This document shows, piece after piece, positions 12,437 through 26,078 of a stretch of 64,000 nt of DNA. The stretch comes from Antedon mediterranea (lineage: Eukaryota > Animalia > Echinodermata). The translations under genes and the position numbers were made by a program. Positions within the stretch are counted from its first letter, which is position 1, and every line of letters begins with the position of its first letter. The notes beneath the pieces were generated by a model. It was given only the letters and a program-made list of their open reading frames with translations. It searched no databases and was not told where the DNA came from. The DNA is taken from positions 22,581,237-22,645,236 of the forward strand of contig NC_092672.1 of the NCBI RefSeq assembly GCF_964355755.1, written 5' to 3'.

Positions 12437-15035
12437 TGTCACACCAAAATCAGTCCGGGCCAAAATCGGGAGTGTTGACAAAGTGCGAGGCAGCGAGGCA
12501 CGCGAGGCAAGCGAGGCAAGCGCGGCATGCCAAATATTTGTGCGAGGCATCATTTTATCATTTCCAAAAGTGCGAGGCATGCGAGGCATATAGTTTACAA
12601 TTTCAAAAAGGTGCGAGGCATATCTTAACGTGCTATTATGCTATATTATAGGCCTAATAATCAAATAATATTTTGTCACACCCCTGCGCCTAGATCCGGT
12701 AGACCCGAGAGATGGAAAATCTCTCTGTACTATTTAGCAGGTAGCGGAATGATTCAGCCCCCAGCTCAGAGGATTGTGGTGCATTCCCCTCCTATAGCAC
12801 GTGGTTTCAGCAGCAACGCACAGACTTCTCTCTGAGCGCGGCGTGCCAAAGACATTTTTGACATTCCATTCTCTAGGAACAACACGTGTACCTCTCTCGC
12901 AAATAAGGTGAACAGCGATTGCCAGGACAAGTTCAATAACTGGCGGTGAATAAAAGGTAACTGATATGGCGATCCAATAACATGCCGCAAAGAAAAAAAT
13001 TGCGACAGAATTCTGGAGCGCGTGTGAAAAAAGACTTACGTCCGACAATTGTAATACTAGGCCTAAAATTAAACTTTAGCTAATATGCTTAGCCCTAACC
13101 TAGATAAGAGGCCTATGTAGAAAATAATTTAATCAATTTTGATATAATAATAATTGGTGTAATATTTAATAATGATACACTATTCCTGTTTTAGTAAGCT
13201 AGGTATATTACGAACGATTTTTATTTATTGTTGTCCATGTACGTACTAATCAACCTGGCGCTAGTTTCCTTCGCTTGTATTTTTACTCCAAATTTGATAA
13301 CTAACTTTATCGTGTGAATACCACACCTTAGAAGTATACCTCATGAGTACTTTAATGAAAGAATCACATAAAAAGTAACAAATAAATCCTTAAATTAATG
13401 ATTTTACAGGCGTGTTTCTCGCACACTGTTCGCGAATTTCACTTATTCAATGTTCAATATTTTTGTTTCTATGGAGCGCCAAAAGAGCAACGATAATAGA
13501 GGACTAAAACTCAGTGGAATGCGTCAATTTCTCAAGCATTTATTGGTGAAAAACACGTTTTTATATTTGTTAATTTGTCAATAAAAATGCTGTAATATGT
13601 TACTGCTGATACTGTTCTGTTTTCAAAGAATGATAATCGATCCTAAATCAACATCACTACCTAGTCTAGACCTAGGACATCCTACTAAGGATATTATGAT
13701 GAATTATTCTATTTTATTCTTTAAAAGGTTACCGAAACCGTGTACATTATCAACAGTACACCGGTGAACAGTAACATTTTTCCTTACTGACAGTGACAAA
13801 ATCTATTGAAATTGTACTTGATTTTCACCAAATAATGCGTTAAATATAAATGGATTCCACAGAGTTTTTAGCCCTCTAATTAATTTTGCTCTTTTGGCGT
13901 TCCATAGAAACCAAAATATTGAACATTGAGTGTGCGAAATGCGAGAAAAACAACGTCTGTAAAATCACCAATTTAATGGATTTATTGTTACTTTTATGTG
14001 ATTTTTCTTCATTAAAGTAGGCCTACTAATTCTAAGCTGTGGTATTCAGGATAAAGTTGGTTAAAATACAAGGCAGGTGCAAAAGGAAACTAGCCTAGCG
14101 GGCCTAGGCCTAGGCTACTTCAATTTCGGTGATTTCCTGCCTTGCAATTTTGAGAAATGATAAAATGATGCCTCGCATTTTTTGATGATGGTAAAACGAT
14201 GCCTCGCATAAATTTCTGACTTGCCTCGCATGCCTTCCCTGCCTCGCGTGCCTCGCTGCCTCGCACTTTGTTACTACCCCAAAATCGGTCCGATCTTGCA
14301 AATATATGGTGCGCAAAATGAGTCATAATGTATATATCATTTAAAAAGGCCATGATTAGTCATTATATTGAAAACTACGGGGTTTTATTTGTTATTTTAA
14401 TATTATAAATTAAGACTGTATTTTTTATCATCATTATTACTATTAGTAGTAACTCATCAATAATTAGTAGGCCTACGTCTAATTTTTAGGTTTTTTGTGT
14501 ACAATTAATTCTCTGCCTGTTTTTAATCCATTTTGTTCTTTTGTTTTTTAAACATCTTCGTTTCCCCATGATGTTAAAAACAATTTAATTTATTACTAAT
14601 TTATGGTTAATCAATCAATATCAATTCAGTACAATCATTATAAAACAATTATCCAATATTGATAAGGCTGAGGAAGGAAAAAGGCCTCAATCATAAAATA
14701 AAATCTGGCTGGCAATATCAGCGTCTCATACCCGTTCATGTGAGTGTGTGGCAGGCTGAAATATGAGTGAACACCTAAGTCATGTTTTTAGATAAAATAC
14801 ATTTATTTATAGTATTTATCCGACAAGATAACTTACTTATAAATATCATGGGATATTTTTCTAGGCATAAACAACTTAAAACAGCATTATAGGCCTAGCT
14901 AGTAATTCAATTAAAATCGACAGAAGAAAAACCCGGACCGATTTTGGCAGTGGCGGACTGCTTTTGGCCACAACTTTAGAGCCAAAACTGGTCCGGCCGG
15001 ACCGATTTTGGCCCCGGACCATATTTGTCGTGACA
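12437..15035. mobile_element. Non-autonomous TGT...ACA element with 4-bp TSD (Ginger-like)
   Basis: GCTA|TGTCACACCAAAATCAGTCCGGGCCAAAATCGG ... CCGATTTTGGCCCCGGACCATATTTGTCGTGACA|GCTA. Confidence 0.8.
12470..14279. mobile_element. MULE-like non-autonomous element nested in the left TIR of the Ginger-like element
   Basis: 9-bp TSD CAAAATCGG (12461-12469, 14280-14288); about 150-bp TIRs built of GCGAGGCA repeats. Confidence 0.85.
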
Positions 15036-15394
15036 GCTATACTAGACAAAAAGGGTGCTGGAGTAATAGTATCGTAGAAGGAACAGGTAGGCTGGCCCAG
15101 GCCTAGTAAAAGTTAGGCATATAGCTAGCTAGGCCTAGGTACTGTTTAGGCATAGCATACTAAGGCCTGTCTTGCTTACTAGGCCTGGGCATAATATTAG
15201 GCCTATAGGATAGATAATCATAGCACTTTTCCTACTGGAATTACGGAAAGACTTGGCGAAAAACGCCGTGGTTAGGATTCCGGCACCGGAACTCAACTGC
15301 TCACCGTTAGGGAATCCGACACGCTATTGCGCATGCCCAGAGAGGGGTGTCACGAAAGCTCAGACCACGAAAGCTCAGACCCCCTAAGACCTAA

Positions 15395-16418
15395 GGGCGC
15401 GTTTATACAACACGCTATTACACGCATATTCTACACGCCTACGAAAAGTGTGTTGTATAACAACAAAGAGATTCCGTGTAATGAGATTTTAATTGCAAAA
15501 AAGGCTACTTGGCTGAATCCTAAAATTTGGTGGATTCCCGGTCGCCGTTACCGTGTTGGAAGTGTCCTCAGGGTATATTTTGACCTCTCGTTAAAACACG
15601 TCGTAATATCAATCATTGCTAACAAGATTGGGCCCATTTATTGCTGCTTCGCTGCCAGCAATCATCCTCCTACCACGTCTTACGCCAAGCCTAGTGGGGC
15701 CAACTCGTAGTGGGAGTAGGCCTCTATCGTTTCCCACTCCAAACAGAATTAAAAAAATAACATCGCAAAAATGGCATCTTCTTCCATAGTGTATAGATAA
15801 TAATAATAATAATAATAATAATAATATTTATTCGGTCATCAATGTAAAAATAACCAGGAATGAGAATAGGCTAAAGCCCAAACAGATTCTGCACTCACTC
15901 CATACAATACAATCAGTTAAAGATAAAACCATATACAAGAAAAATACAAATAAATTATACATAACATGAAATATAATGTTTTGTTAGAGCAGCCTTAAAT
16001 ATTGAAATTGTTTGTGAATCTTTTATGTCATTTGGTATTTGCTCCCATAGTCTAGGAAAGAAAGAAATAAAACAATGAAACCCTTAAAATAACTTTTATT
16101 AATTTAAATGAACCGAGAACAAAATAAACAACAATGCAAACGTGAACGAATACAATATAATGAAAATGGTAAAAACCGCACGAATACATCGGACAGCGAG
16201 GAGGCGACGACGATTGTTGACAACTCAGCCAATTCAAGCGCGAACATCGATTTGACCTTTTATCCTAGCATGAACTGCGTGTTGATGAAACTTCCGGCAT
16301 AACACGGTATCGTGATTTCTAGTATAACAGCAAACGTTAAGGTGGGTTGACCTCGGTCCGAACAACACGCTAAAAATTAAAGCCGTGTTCAAATTTAGGG
16401 TGTTGTATAAACACGACC
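15395..16418. mobile_element. PIF/Harbinger-type MITE
   Basis: TAA TSD (15392-15394, 16419-16421); TIR GGGCGCGTTTATACAACAC vs GGTCGTGTTTATACAACAC; removing it restores the host TIR. Confidence 0.85.
15799..16030 (-). mobile_element. Probable short LINE/SINE 3'-end fragment with (ATT)n tail
   Basis: On the minus strand, AATAAA is followed by (ATT)n, as at non-LTR 3' ends. Confidence 0.45.
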
Positions 16419-18683
16419 TAAGATCACGAAAGCTAAGACCCAACACCTAAGATTACAAATATTTATCTTTCGCACCTGCCTTGTATTTTAACTCCCAACA
16501 TTTATTCTGAATACCACACCTTAGAATTGGCACTTTCATGAAAAAGAATCACATAAAAAGTAACAAATACATTTTTAAATTGATGATTTTACAGACGTTT
16601 TTCTCGCACACAAAATGACTAGCCTACAGTACAGTAGGCCTACCCCATGGGCCATGTTCAATGTTTTTGTTTCTATGGAACGTCAAAAGAGCAAAAATTA
16701 TATAGAGGGCTGAAAACTCTGTGGAGTCCATCTACAGTGTGGATGGAACAATGTAAAATTAAAATTGTAATGATAATAGTATAATCATGCAAGTACGAAG
16801 AAATAAATACTGGCAAATAAATTTTAATTTAAAAATCATGATAAGTTTTTTTGTTTCGTTTTCTTTCTGTTTTTATACTTGTACTATTATTGTTGCTCTT
16901 TTGGCGCTCCATAGAAACAAAAACATTGAGCATGGGGAGCTCGAGGTGTTACATTGTCATTACAGTATACAAAGAAACACATCTGTAAAATCATCAATTT
17001 AAAGGATTTATTTATTTGTTATTATGTGTTTCTCCTTCTGAAAGTACTTATAAGTCCTAATTTTAAAGTGTGGTGTTCAGGATAAAGTTAGTCAACAAAT
17101 TTGGAGTCAAAATACAAGAAAGGCAGGTGCGTAAGAAAAACATCCTCTGAACCAACACAATGGAGTAAATATATACCAACAAACAACCCGTCAAGTTTGT
17201 TTGTTGTAAAGAAAAAATATACATTTACTCAACGGGCGAAAATAATGTGAGTTTATCTATGTTTTGCAGTAGTATTAAATTATATTTATGGTAATAAATG
17301 AAACCTACTGTGTTTAAAATTATGTATGGATAAACAAGTATTGTTTTTAAGCTGTAGTATATCTTAGTATTTGTAATCTTAGGTGTTGGGTCTTAGCTTT
17401 CGTGATCTTAGGTCTTAGGGGGTCTGAGCTTTCGTGGTCTGAGGTTTCGTGACACCCGCCCAGAGAGCCGGTAATCGGCGACTCTATACTTTATCAACAG
17501 CGATGGATCATTTCATAGCTCCGCAACGGGGCGAACTAGCGTAGATGCCTACTAATACGGGATCCACTAATAGTAAATACTATACTGTAGGCTAGGCCTA
17601 CCAGCTAGACGTGACCAGTGGGCCTATTTATTTTGTAATTAAAAAGTGGTTGCTTCATTCATATATAAACTTCATATAATTATGAATTATATAATTACAT
17701 GAGTTGACTAGATTTATGATTTTTCAAGTTCAAAATAAAAGATTTCATATAACGCATTATAACTGTACATAACATTCAATCACAAGTTAATTTGTTGACG
17801 GCAGCCACCGCGTGGATGTGAAAAAACTGGGGGTCGCAACGCTACTACAGCATTACGATTCTTACTGTAGATAGATACTGATTCTTATTAATATCATAAT
17901 AATTATTTTAACTCGTGACGTAGTCGTATTTTAATTATTAATTCAAGTTCAAGTTCAAGTTCAAATTCATGTATGGCCTAGGCCAAGTTTCATCCTTCGC
18001 TCTCTTGCTCGCGCAACGACTAACTAGGCTACAGTAAATCCTCTCAGGTAGTGTGGTTTGTGGCACAAGCTATAATTCACTTCCCAGAGCTCTGGGCATG
18101 CGCAATAGCGTGTCGGATTCCCTAACGGTGGGCAGTTGAGTTCCGGTGTCGGAATCCTAACCACGGCGTAAAAAAAAGGGTTTCAAGATGATTTTAGGGG
18201 CCAAACCATATCATATAATATAATTATAAATAAAGGAAGTAAATTTGTTAAACATCTTTGTATCAAAATTGATTAAATTCACATCTTTATTGAATGATGG
18301 CACAGAATAGTTGTAGCTCTGTTGTTAAGAAAGCTAATTGTAATACTGTACTCCCTGCCCAAATTGGTGGGCTGCCTTTTGATGGATTACTTCCTGGCCT
18401 AGCCTTTGATGATAAGATGGAAGCAATGGATTAACTGAATAAAGTTTACTTAGAACAGTAGGTGTGTGTTTATAACAAAGAAAGATGAATGTTTTCATTT
18501 TTTAGTGAATTACTGATTCTATTTAACTCAGCTCTGCCTTTTCTCCCCATTACATTCAACTCACAAACATTCAAATATTTGTATACTAATGCCAAGGCAT
18601 GATAACATGCTGCCACAGCAGCCAGCTATACTACAGTATCACCTAGTTTATTTAGCAGGGTTCTGGAATATCAGCAGAAGTTG

Positions 18684-19703
18684 TAGCAAAGCATGTTGCA
18701 TCTTATGGTTGTTACCTTCAGTAGCTATTATTAAATCAAATCATTATCACAGGCAGAATAGCAAAGCATCTTGCATCTTGTGTTTGTTACCTTCAGTAGC
18801 TATTAAATCAAATCATTATCACAGGCAGAATAGCAAAGCATCTTGCATCTTGTGGTTGTTACCTTCAGTAGCTATTAAATCAAATCAATATCACAGGCAG
18901 AATAGCAAAGCATCTTGCATCTTGTGGTTGTTACCTTCAGTAGCTATTAAATCAAATCATTATCACAGGCAGAATAGCAAAGCATCTTGCATCTTGTGGT
19001 TGTTACCTTCAGTAGCTATTAAATCAAATCATTATCACAGGCAGAATAGCAAAGCATCTTGCATCTTGTGGTTGTTACCTTCAGTAGCTATTAAATCAAA
19101 TCATTATCACAGGCAGAATAGCAAAGCATCTTGTATCTTGTGGTTGTTACCTTCAGTAGCTATTAAATCAAATCATTATCACAGGCAGAATAGCAAAGCA
19201 TCTTGCATCATTCTTATGGTTGTTACCTTCAGTAGCTATTAAATCAAATCATTATCACAGGCAGAATAGCAAAGCAACTTGCATCTTATGGTTGTTACCT
19301 TCAGTAGCTATTAAATCAAGTCATTATCACAGGCAGAATAGCAAAGCATCTTGCATCTTGTGGTTGTTACCTTCAGTAGCTATTTAATCAAATCATTATC
19401 ACAGGCAGAATAGCAAAGCATCTTGCATCTTGTGGTTGTTACCTTCAGTAGCTATTAAATCAAATCATTATCACAGGCAGAATAGCAAAGCATCCTGTAT
19501 CTTATGGTTGTTACCTTCAGTAGCTATTAAATCAAATCAATATCACAGGCAGAATAGCAAAGCATCTTGCATCTTGTGGTTGTTACCTTCTGTAGCTATT
19601 AAATCAAATCAATATCACAGGCAGAATAGCAAAGCATCTTGCATCTTATGGATGTTACCTTCTGTAGCTATTAAATCAAATCAAAATCACAGGAAGAATG
19701 GCA
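18684..19703. repeat. 72-bp minisatellite, about 14 copies
   Basis: Unit GCAAAGCATCTTGCATCTTGTGGTTGTTACCTTCAGTAGCTATTAAATCAAATCATTATCACAGGCAGAATA. Confidence 0.97.
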
Positions 19704-21494
19704 ACATTTTATTTTAACATATTTAAAAATACTATATTTAAAACTGTACCTTAGTATATGAACATAATAAAAACTGTAAATCCAGAAGAACAACATAAAA
19801 AAAAGTAATTCACAATGTGTAAATCATTCAAAAGTCTGATGGAATATGAATTGATGATACAAAAGGATTTAAATATCTTGTCACCTGACCAGTGCACATT
19901 CTTAGTGAATTCAGTCTTTTATCTCATTTTTATTTACCAAGTAAAGAGTGACTTAAATCCTCACATATTTTCATAGCCTTTGTCAGCTTATTGGGGTTTG
20001 ATCATGTCATCTGGACTAATTTTAATAATATTTGTTTTTCTCTTTTATTCTCTATCTAGAAAACCATGGCACTTTTAACTTTTAAATCCCCAAAAAATAA
20101 AAAATTATTATAAACACTCAACATGTATAGAATTTGTCAAATTTTATATACATTTTTATTAACATAGTAAATAAGTCAATACAGTATATTGTGTCATGTT
20201 TGTTGTGATTGTTTGTTATCCAAACATGATAAATATATGTATACATTACCTTTTTTTTATACATCATTAATGATCATAACAGTTTAAATTTGTAACTTTA
20301 TCATATAGATGTTGCCTCTTTCACTGTAAATGAATTGATAAAATGCACTTTGTGAAGTGAAACAAATTAATGTAATAAAATTCACTTAATGAAATTCACT
20401 TAATGAAATAAATTAAATCAATAAATTTAAACTCAGATTACAAATACTGCCACCAGTGTCCCAACATTTGAGATCACTTCTTTCTTATAAATACTGCCAC
20501 CAATGTAAGCTTATTTGTTATCTTTGCTGTTCTATATTTGTAATCAATACAAAGGTTAAAGTGTAAATATTACCTTTTTATGGATTCTCTGCCTGCAGTG
20601 TTCAGCCTAATCTAATACTGTTTTACTTAAATTGTACAAAGGGTTCTTAAAGCTTATCCACATGTCTAAATTAGACGGAAGTTTTTCAATTCAATTGTTA
20701 TTTACAGTTTTGCTGAAAGAAATTGATAGGTTGCTAATTTAAATTGATTTAACAAAGTTACGAATGTGAATTGAGAGATTGTTCGCCTAGAGGGCGTTTT
20801 TAAGAATTGTGTTGTTAATTGGTCAAACATTTTAAAAGATTACTTTGTACTGTTCATATTTATTTTACAGGGTGTGAGTTAGTGTAGCTACTGTATGACA
20901 CAAAGTACAATGTTATTGAACTTCCTTCAATACAGACTTGTAAACAATTGACTATTATGTAATTTGCACATTTTGAGCTTTGCTGTCATGTGAATATACA
21001 ATCACATAAAATCATTAAATTAATTTTGCAGTTAATTAAATGATGATTAAAATTTAGTACATAAATAAATAAACACTTTAATTGATTAATGTATTCACCA
21101 TGTGACATGATCAAAAAGAAAAATCAATATGCATCTGTAGTATAAGATGCTTTTATTAAAATGTCATTATAGCACACGGCAGAATTGGAAGTAAAGTTTC
21201 ACAATAGTAAAAAATAGTTTAAATGGAATAAATTGAAAAATCTATACAAAATTAACAAATTAGGATAACAAGAAACAAACATGATACAAATAAGATAACA
21301 ATTTATTTGACATTGACATTATCTTATATTATGACCTTTGGATTTTCTATTTATTTTACCTTGTCTTTAACCAATATTACATTTGAAATTGTAGGGCAAT
21401 GATACAATGAAAGCAAACATTAAATCATGCGACTTTAAATACTTGATTGACGCAGACAATTTATAACAATTCTTCATTATTTCATATTATTATT

Positions 21495-21737
21495 AGTATT
21501 GGTCTTCATTTCATATCTTTAAAAGTAAAATTTTCACTGTAGAGTATTGTGATGTAGCTGTTTAACAATTCTTGTCCAGTATTGGTCTTCATTATTTCAT
21601 GTCTTTAAATGTAAAATGTTCACTATAGAGTATTTGTGTTGTAGCTGTTTAACAATCCTTGTCCAGTATTGGTCTTCATTATTTCATGTCTTTAAAAGTA
21701 AAATGTTCACTATAGAGTATTTGTGTTGTAGCTGTTT
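21495..21737. repeat. About 88-bp tandem repeat, about 2.7 copies
   Basis: AGTATTGGTCTTCATTATTTCATGTCTTTAAA...GTAGCTGTTT repeated. Confidence 0.85.
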
Positions 21738-21999
21738 GTCATGTTGGTTTACCTGCTTATCTTTACATTATATTAGTATGTTAAACATTTTGTACAGTAA
21801 AGAGTTAAGTTGTACATTTTACCCAGTTGTTTCTTGTCTTTATTGAAAATGATACCTTAATATCAGTGGTACTGGTGTCACACAGTGCATCCAAAAAGAA
21901 TAAACAAAAACAACAACAAAAGTAATTAAATGAACAAATTGAACATTAAACTTTTAAACTTCTAAACTTCTTATACATTTTTTAGTGAATTTATTTGTT

Positions 22000-24785
22000 G
22001 CTTTCTAATTAATAAAGTATCAAATACATTCTACAGTATTGTTTTATACCTGTTATATCATGTTGGTTTATCTGTGCCTTTCTGTTTAATAAAGTGTAAT
22101 ACAGTATTGTCTTATACCTGTTATATCATGTTGGTTTATGTGTGCCTTTCTATTTAATAAAGTGTAATACAGTATTGTTTTATACCTGTTATATCATGTT
22201 GGTTTATCTGTGGCTTTCTATTTAATAAAGTGTATCAAATACATTATTGTTTTATACCTGTTATATCATGTTGGTTTATCTGTGGCTTTCTATTTAATAA
22301 AGTGTATTAATACAGTATTGTTTTATACCTGTTATATCATGTTGGTTTATCTGTGGCTTTCTATTTAATAAAGTGTATTAATACAGTATTGTCTTATACC
22401 TGTTATATCATGTTGGTTTATCTGTGGCTTTCTATTTAATAAAGTGTAATACAGTATTGTTTTATACCTGTTATATCATGTTGGTTTATCTGTGGCTTTC
22501 TATTTAATAAAGTGTATTAATACAGTATTGTCTTATATCTGTTATATCATGTTGGTTTATCTGTGGCTTTCTATTTAATAAAGTGTATTAATACAGTATT
22601 GTCTTATATCTGTTATATCATGTTGGTTTATCTGTGGCTTTCTATTTAATAAAGTGTATCAAATACAGTATTGTTTTATACCTGTTATATCATGTTGGTT
22701 TATCTGTGGCTTTCTATTTAATAAAGTGTAATACAGTATTGTTTTATACCTGTTATATCATGTTGGTTTATCTGTGGCTTTCTATTTAATAAAGTGTAAT
22801 ACAGTATTGTTTTATACCTGTTATATCATGTTGGTTTATCTGTGGCTTTCTATTTAATAAAGTGTAATACAGTATTGTCTTATACCTGTTATATCATGTT
22901 GGTTTATCTGTGGCTTTCTATTTAATAAAGTGTATCAAATACAGTATTGTTTTATACCTGTTATATCATGTTGGTTTATCTTTGCCTTTCTATTTAATAA
23001 AGTGTAATACAGTATTGTTTTATACCTGTTATATCATGTTGGTTTATCTGTGGCTTTCTATTTAATAAAGTGTATCAAATACATTATTGTTTTATACCTG
23101 TTATATCATGTTGGTTTATGTGTGGCTTTCTATTTAATAAAGTGTAATACAGTATTGTTTTATACCTGTTATATCATGTTGGTTTATCTGTGGCTTTCTA
23201 TTTAATAAAGTGTATTAATACAGTATTGTTTTATACCTGTTATATCATGTTGGTTTATCTGTGGCTTTCTATTTAATAAAGTGTAATACAGTATTGTTTT
23301 ATACCTGTTATATCATGTTGGTTTATCTGTGGCTTTCTATTTAATAAAGTGTATTAATACAGTATTGTCTTATACCTGTTATATCATGTTGGTTTATCTG
23401 TGGCTTTCTATTTAATAAAGTGTAATACAGTATTGTCTTATACCTGTTATATCATGTTGGTTTATCTGTGGCTTTCTATTTAATAAAGTGTATCAAATAC
23501 AGTATTGTTTTATACCTGTTATATCATGTTGGTTTATCTGTGGCTTTCTATTTAATAAAGTGTATTAATACAGTATTGTCTTATACCTGTTATATCATGT
23601 TGGTTTATCTGTGGCTTTCTATTTAATAAAGTGTAATACAGTATTGTTTTATACCTGTTATATCATGTTGGTTTATCTGTGGCTTTCTATTTAATAAAGT
23701 GTATCAAATACAGTATTGTTTTATACCTGTTATATCATGTTGGTTTATCTGTGGCTTTCTATTTAATAAAGTGTATCAAATACATTATTGTTTTATACCT
23801 GTTATATCATGTTGGTTTATGTGTGGCTTTCTATTTAATAAAGTGTATCAAATACATTATTGTTTTATACCTGTTATATCATGTTGGTTTATCTGTGGCT
23901 TTCTATTTAATAAAGTGTATCAAATACAGTATTGTTTTATTCCTGTTATATCATGTTGGTTTATCTGTGGCTTTCTATTTAATAAAGTGTATCAAATACA
24001 TTATTGTTTTATACCTGTTATATCATGTTGGTTTATGTGTGGCTTTCTATTTAATAAAGTGTAATACAGTATTGTTTTATACCTGTTATATCATGTTGGT
24101 TTATCTGTGGCTTTCTATTTAATAAAGTGTATTAATACAGTATTGTTTTATACCTGTTATATCATGTTGGTTTATCTGTGGCTTTCTATTTAATAAAGTG
24201 TAATACAGTATTGTTTTATACCTGTTATATCATGTTGGTTTATCTGTGGCTTTCTATTTAATAAAGTGTATTAATACAGTATTGTCTTATACCTGTTATA
24301 TCATGTTGGTTTATCTGTGGCTTTCTATTTAATAAAGTGTAATACAGTATTGTTTTATACCTGTTATATCATGTTGGTTTATCTGTGGCTTTCTATTTAA
24401 TAAAGTGTATTAATACAGTATTGTCTTATATCTGTTATATCATGTTGGTTTATCTGTGCCTTTCTGTTTAATAAAGTGTATCAAATACAGTATTGTCTTA
24501 TACCTGTTATATCATGTTGGTTTATCTGTGCCTTTCTGTTTAATAAAGTGTATTAATACAGTATTGTCTTATACCTGTTATATCATGTTGGTTTATCTGT
24601 GGCTTTCTATTTAATAAAGTGTATTAATACAGTATTGTCTTATACCTGTTATATCATGTTGGTTTATCTGTGGCTTTCTGTTTAATAAAGTGTATCAAAT
24701 ACAGTATTGTCTTATACCTGTTATATCATGTTGGTTTATCTGTGGCTTTCTATTTAATAAAGTGTATTAATACAGTATTGTTTTT
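22000..24785. repeat. 68/71/72-bp minisatellite, about 40 copies
   Basis: Unit AATAAAGTGT(AT/ATC)AATACAGTATTGTTTTATACCTGTTATATCATGTTGGTTTATCTGTGGCTTTCTATTT with three length variants. Confidence 0.97.
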
Positions 24786-25138
24786 TAACTCTTATACTAT
24801 GTTGGTTGATACTCTGTTGGTTGATACTATGTTGGTTGGTCTATCTATTTTTATAAACTGTGCATGATGTAAAGTAACTATATTTTTGGTTTATCTGTTG
24901 GCCCCTGGCTGTTGTTTGAACTTGGACTACATTAATCTAATAACCTTTGCCTTAGTTTACTGTTTGTTTGTCAACCTGTTATTCCCTTAGTAATATCATA
25001 TCTGAAAACTAAGCAAATATTAAACCAGGCTTTGTTGCACTATTGTAGCATTGAATATAGTAGGTTTATTTATATACTTTTTTTTCACAATAAACTTTTT
25101 TTCAGTTTGTCTAAGTCTGTCTTTATACAATTTTGTTG

Positions 25139-25232
25139 AAATATTATTATCAACCAAAGTACAACATACTGTAAAATTTACTTTATAAAGTAAATTTTAC
25201 AGTATGTTGTACTTTGGTCGATAATAATATTT
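25139..25232. repeat. 94-bp spacerless palindrome (1 mismatch)
   Basis: Centre CTTTA|TAAAG; 47-bp arms. Confidence 0.93.
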
Positions 25233-25890
25233 AAGTTGTTTGTCAGAATGTCTTTGCATCTCAGAATGCATTTAAAAAAAAATTTCGACTCCGTATCTTT
25301 ATTTTAAAACAAGCTAATTTATTATTATATCTGACCAATAATTGTCTTCACTATTGCTGAAGCCAGAGTAGTAAGATTGTCATGCTTTCCTTCTCAGTGC
25401 AGTCAAAATTGTTTGTGCCACTGTCTCCATGTTGTAACCATTATCTTAGTTTAAGAAACAATAATCTGTTAAATGTACCCTTTTCTAAAACTAAACGATG
25501 GAAACACTCAGTTCACTTGTTTGTCTAATTCCAAGTAAAAATATATTGCATAATTTTTACAAGACCTTAATCAGTCATTATTAGAGTTTACCTGAGGTAC
25601 CTTGATACACCTTGTTTGCTTTACCTAAAATGGTAATTCACGTTGGTTTGTAGTTCTAATCAACTAAATAATAAAAATAAAGCAAACACTAAGTCACGCT
25701 ATGTTGTAATTTGTATAGAATCCATTGAATTGCACTGGTTATCACTATATAAATAATGATATAAAAGTGTTTGGTCTTCTGTACAACAACCACTTGCATT
25801 CAACTTTTGAAGAGAAACGTTGCATATTTTGGATTTATTTTATTTTAGCATTACCACTGTAAGTGTATGTAGTACTTGTAGGTCTAAATA

Positions 25891-26078
25891 ATGTTATAAC
25901 ATTATTTGATAGAGAAAGCATTGGTTGAGGAAATTGTTGATAGAGGAGACATTAGATTATACATTTACTCTATTTCAACATCATGTTATAACATTATTTG
26001 ATAGAGAAAGCATTGGTTGAGGAAATTGTTGATAGTGGAGACATTGTATTATATATTTACTCTATTTCAACATCATGT
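25891..26078. repeat. 92-bp tandem duplication
   Basis: ATGTTATAACATTATTTGATAGAGAAAGC... occurs twice. Confidence 0.9.

Larger units (their letters stand above)
15345..17457. mobile_element. MULE-like element with 10-bp TSD
   Basis: TSD GCCCAGAGAG (15335-15344, 17458-17467); TIR GGGTGTCACGAAAGCTCAGACC with internal subrepeats. Confidence 0.88.
15263..18169. mobile_element. Non-autonomous TIR element of unclear superfamily
   Basis: About 80-bp near-perfect TIR ACGCCGTGGTTAGGATTCCG...GCGCATGCCCAGAG; flanked by A-runs on both sides (possible AAAA TSD). Confidence 0.85.

Noticed and set aside
18589-19717. ORFs with 24-aa repeats (SKASCILWLLPSVAIKSNHYHRQN)
   Set aside because: By-product of a 72-bp minisatellite; the frame is broken by an indel and there is no splice or domain support
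23679-24867. Repetitive hydrophobic ORFs
   Set aside because: Arise only where 72-bp variants are consecutive; 68/71-bp units break the frame
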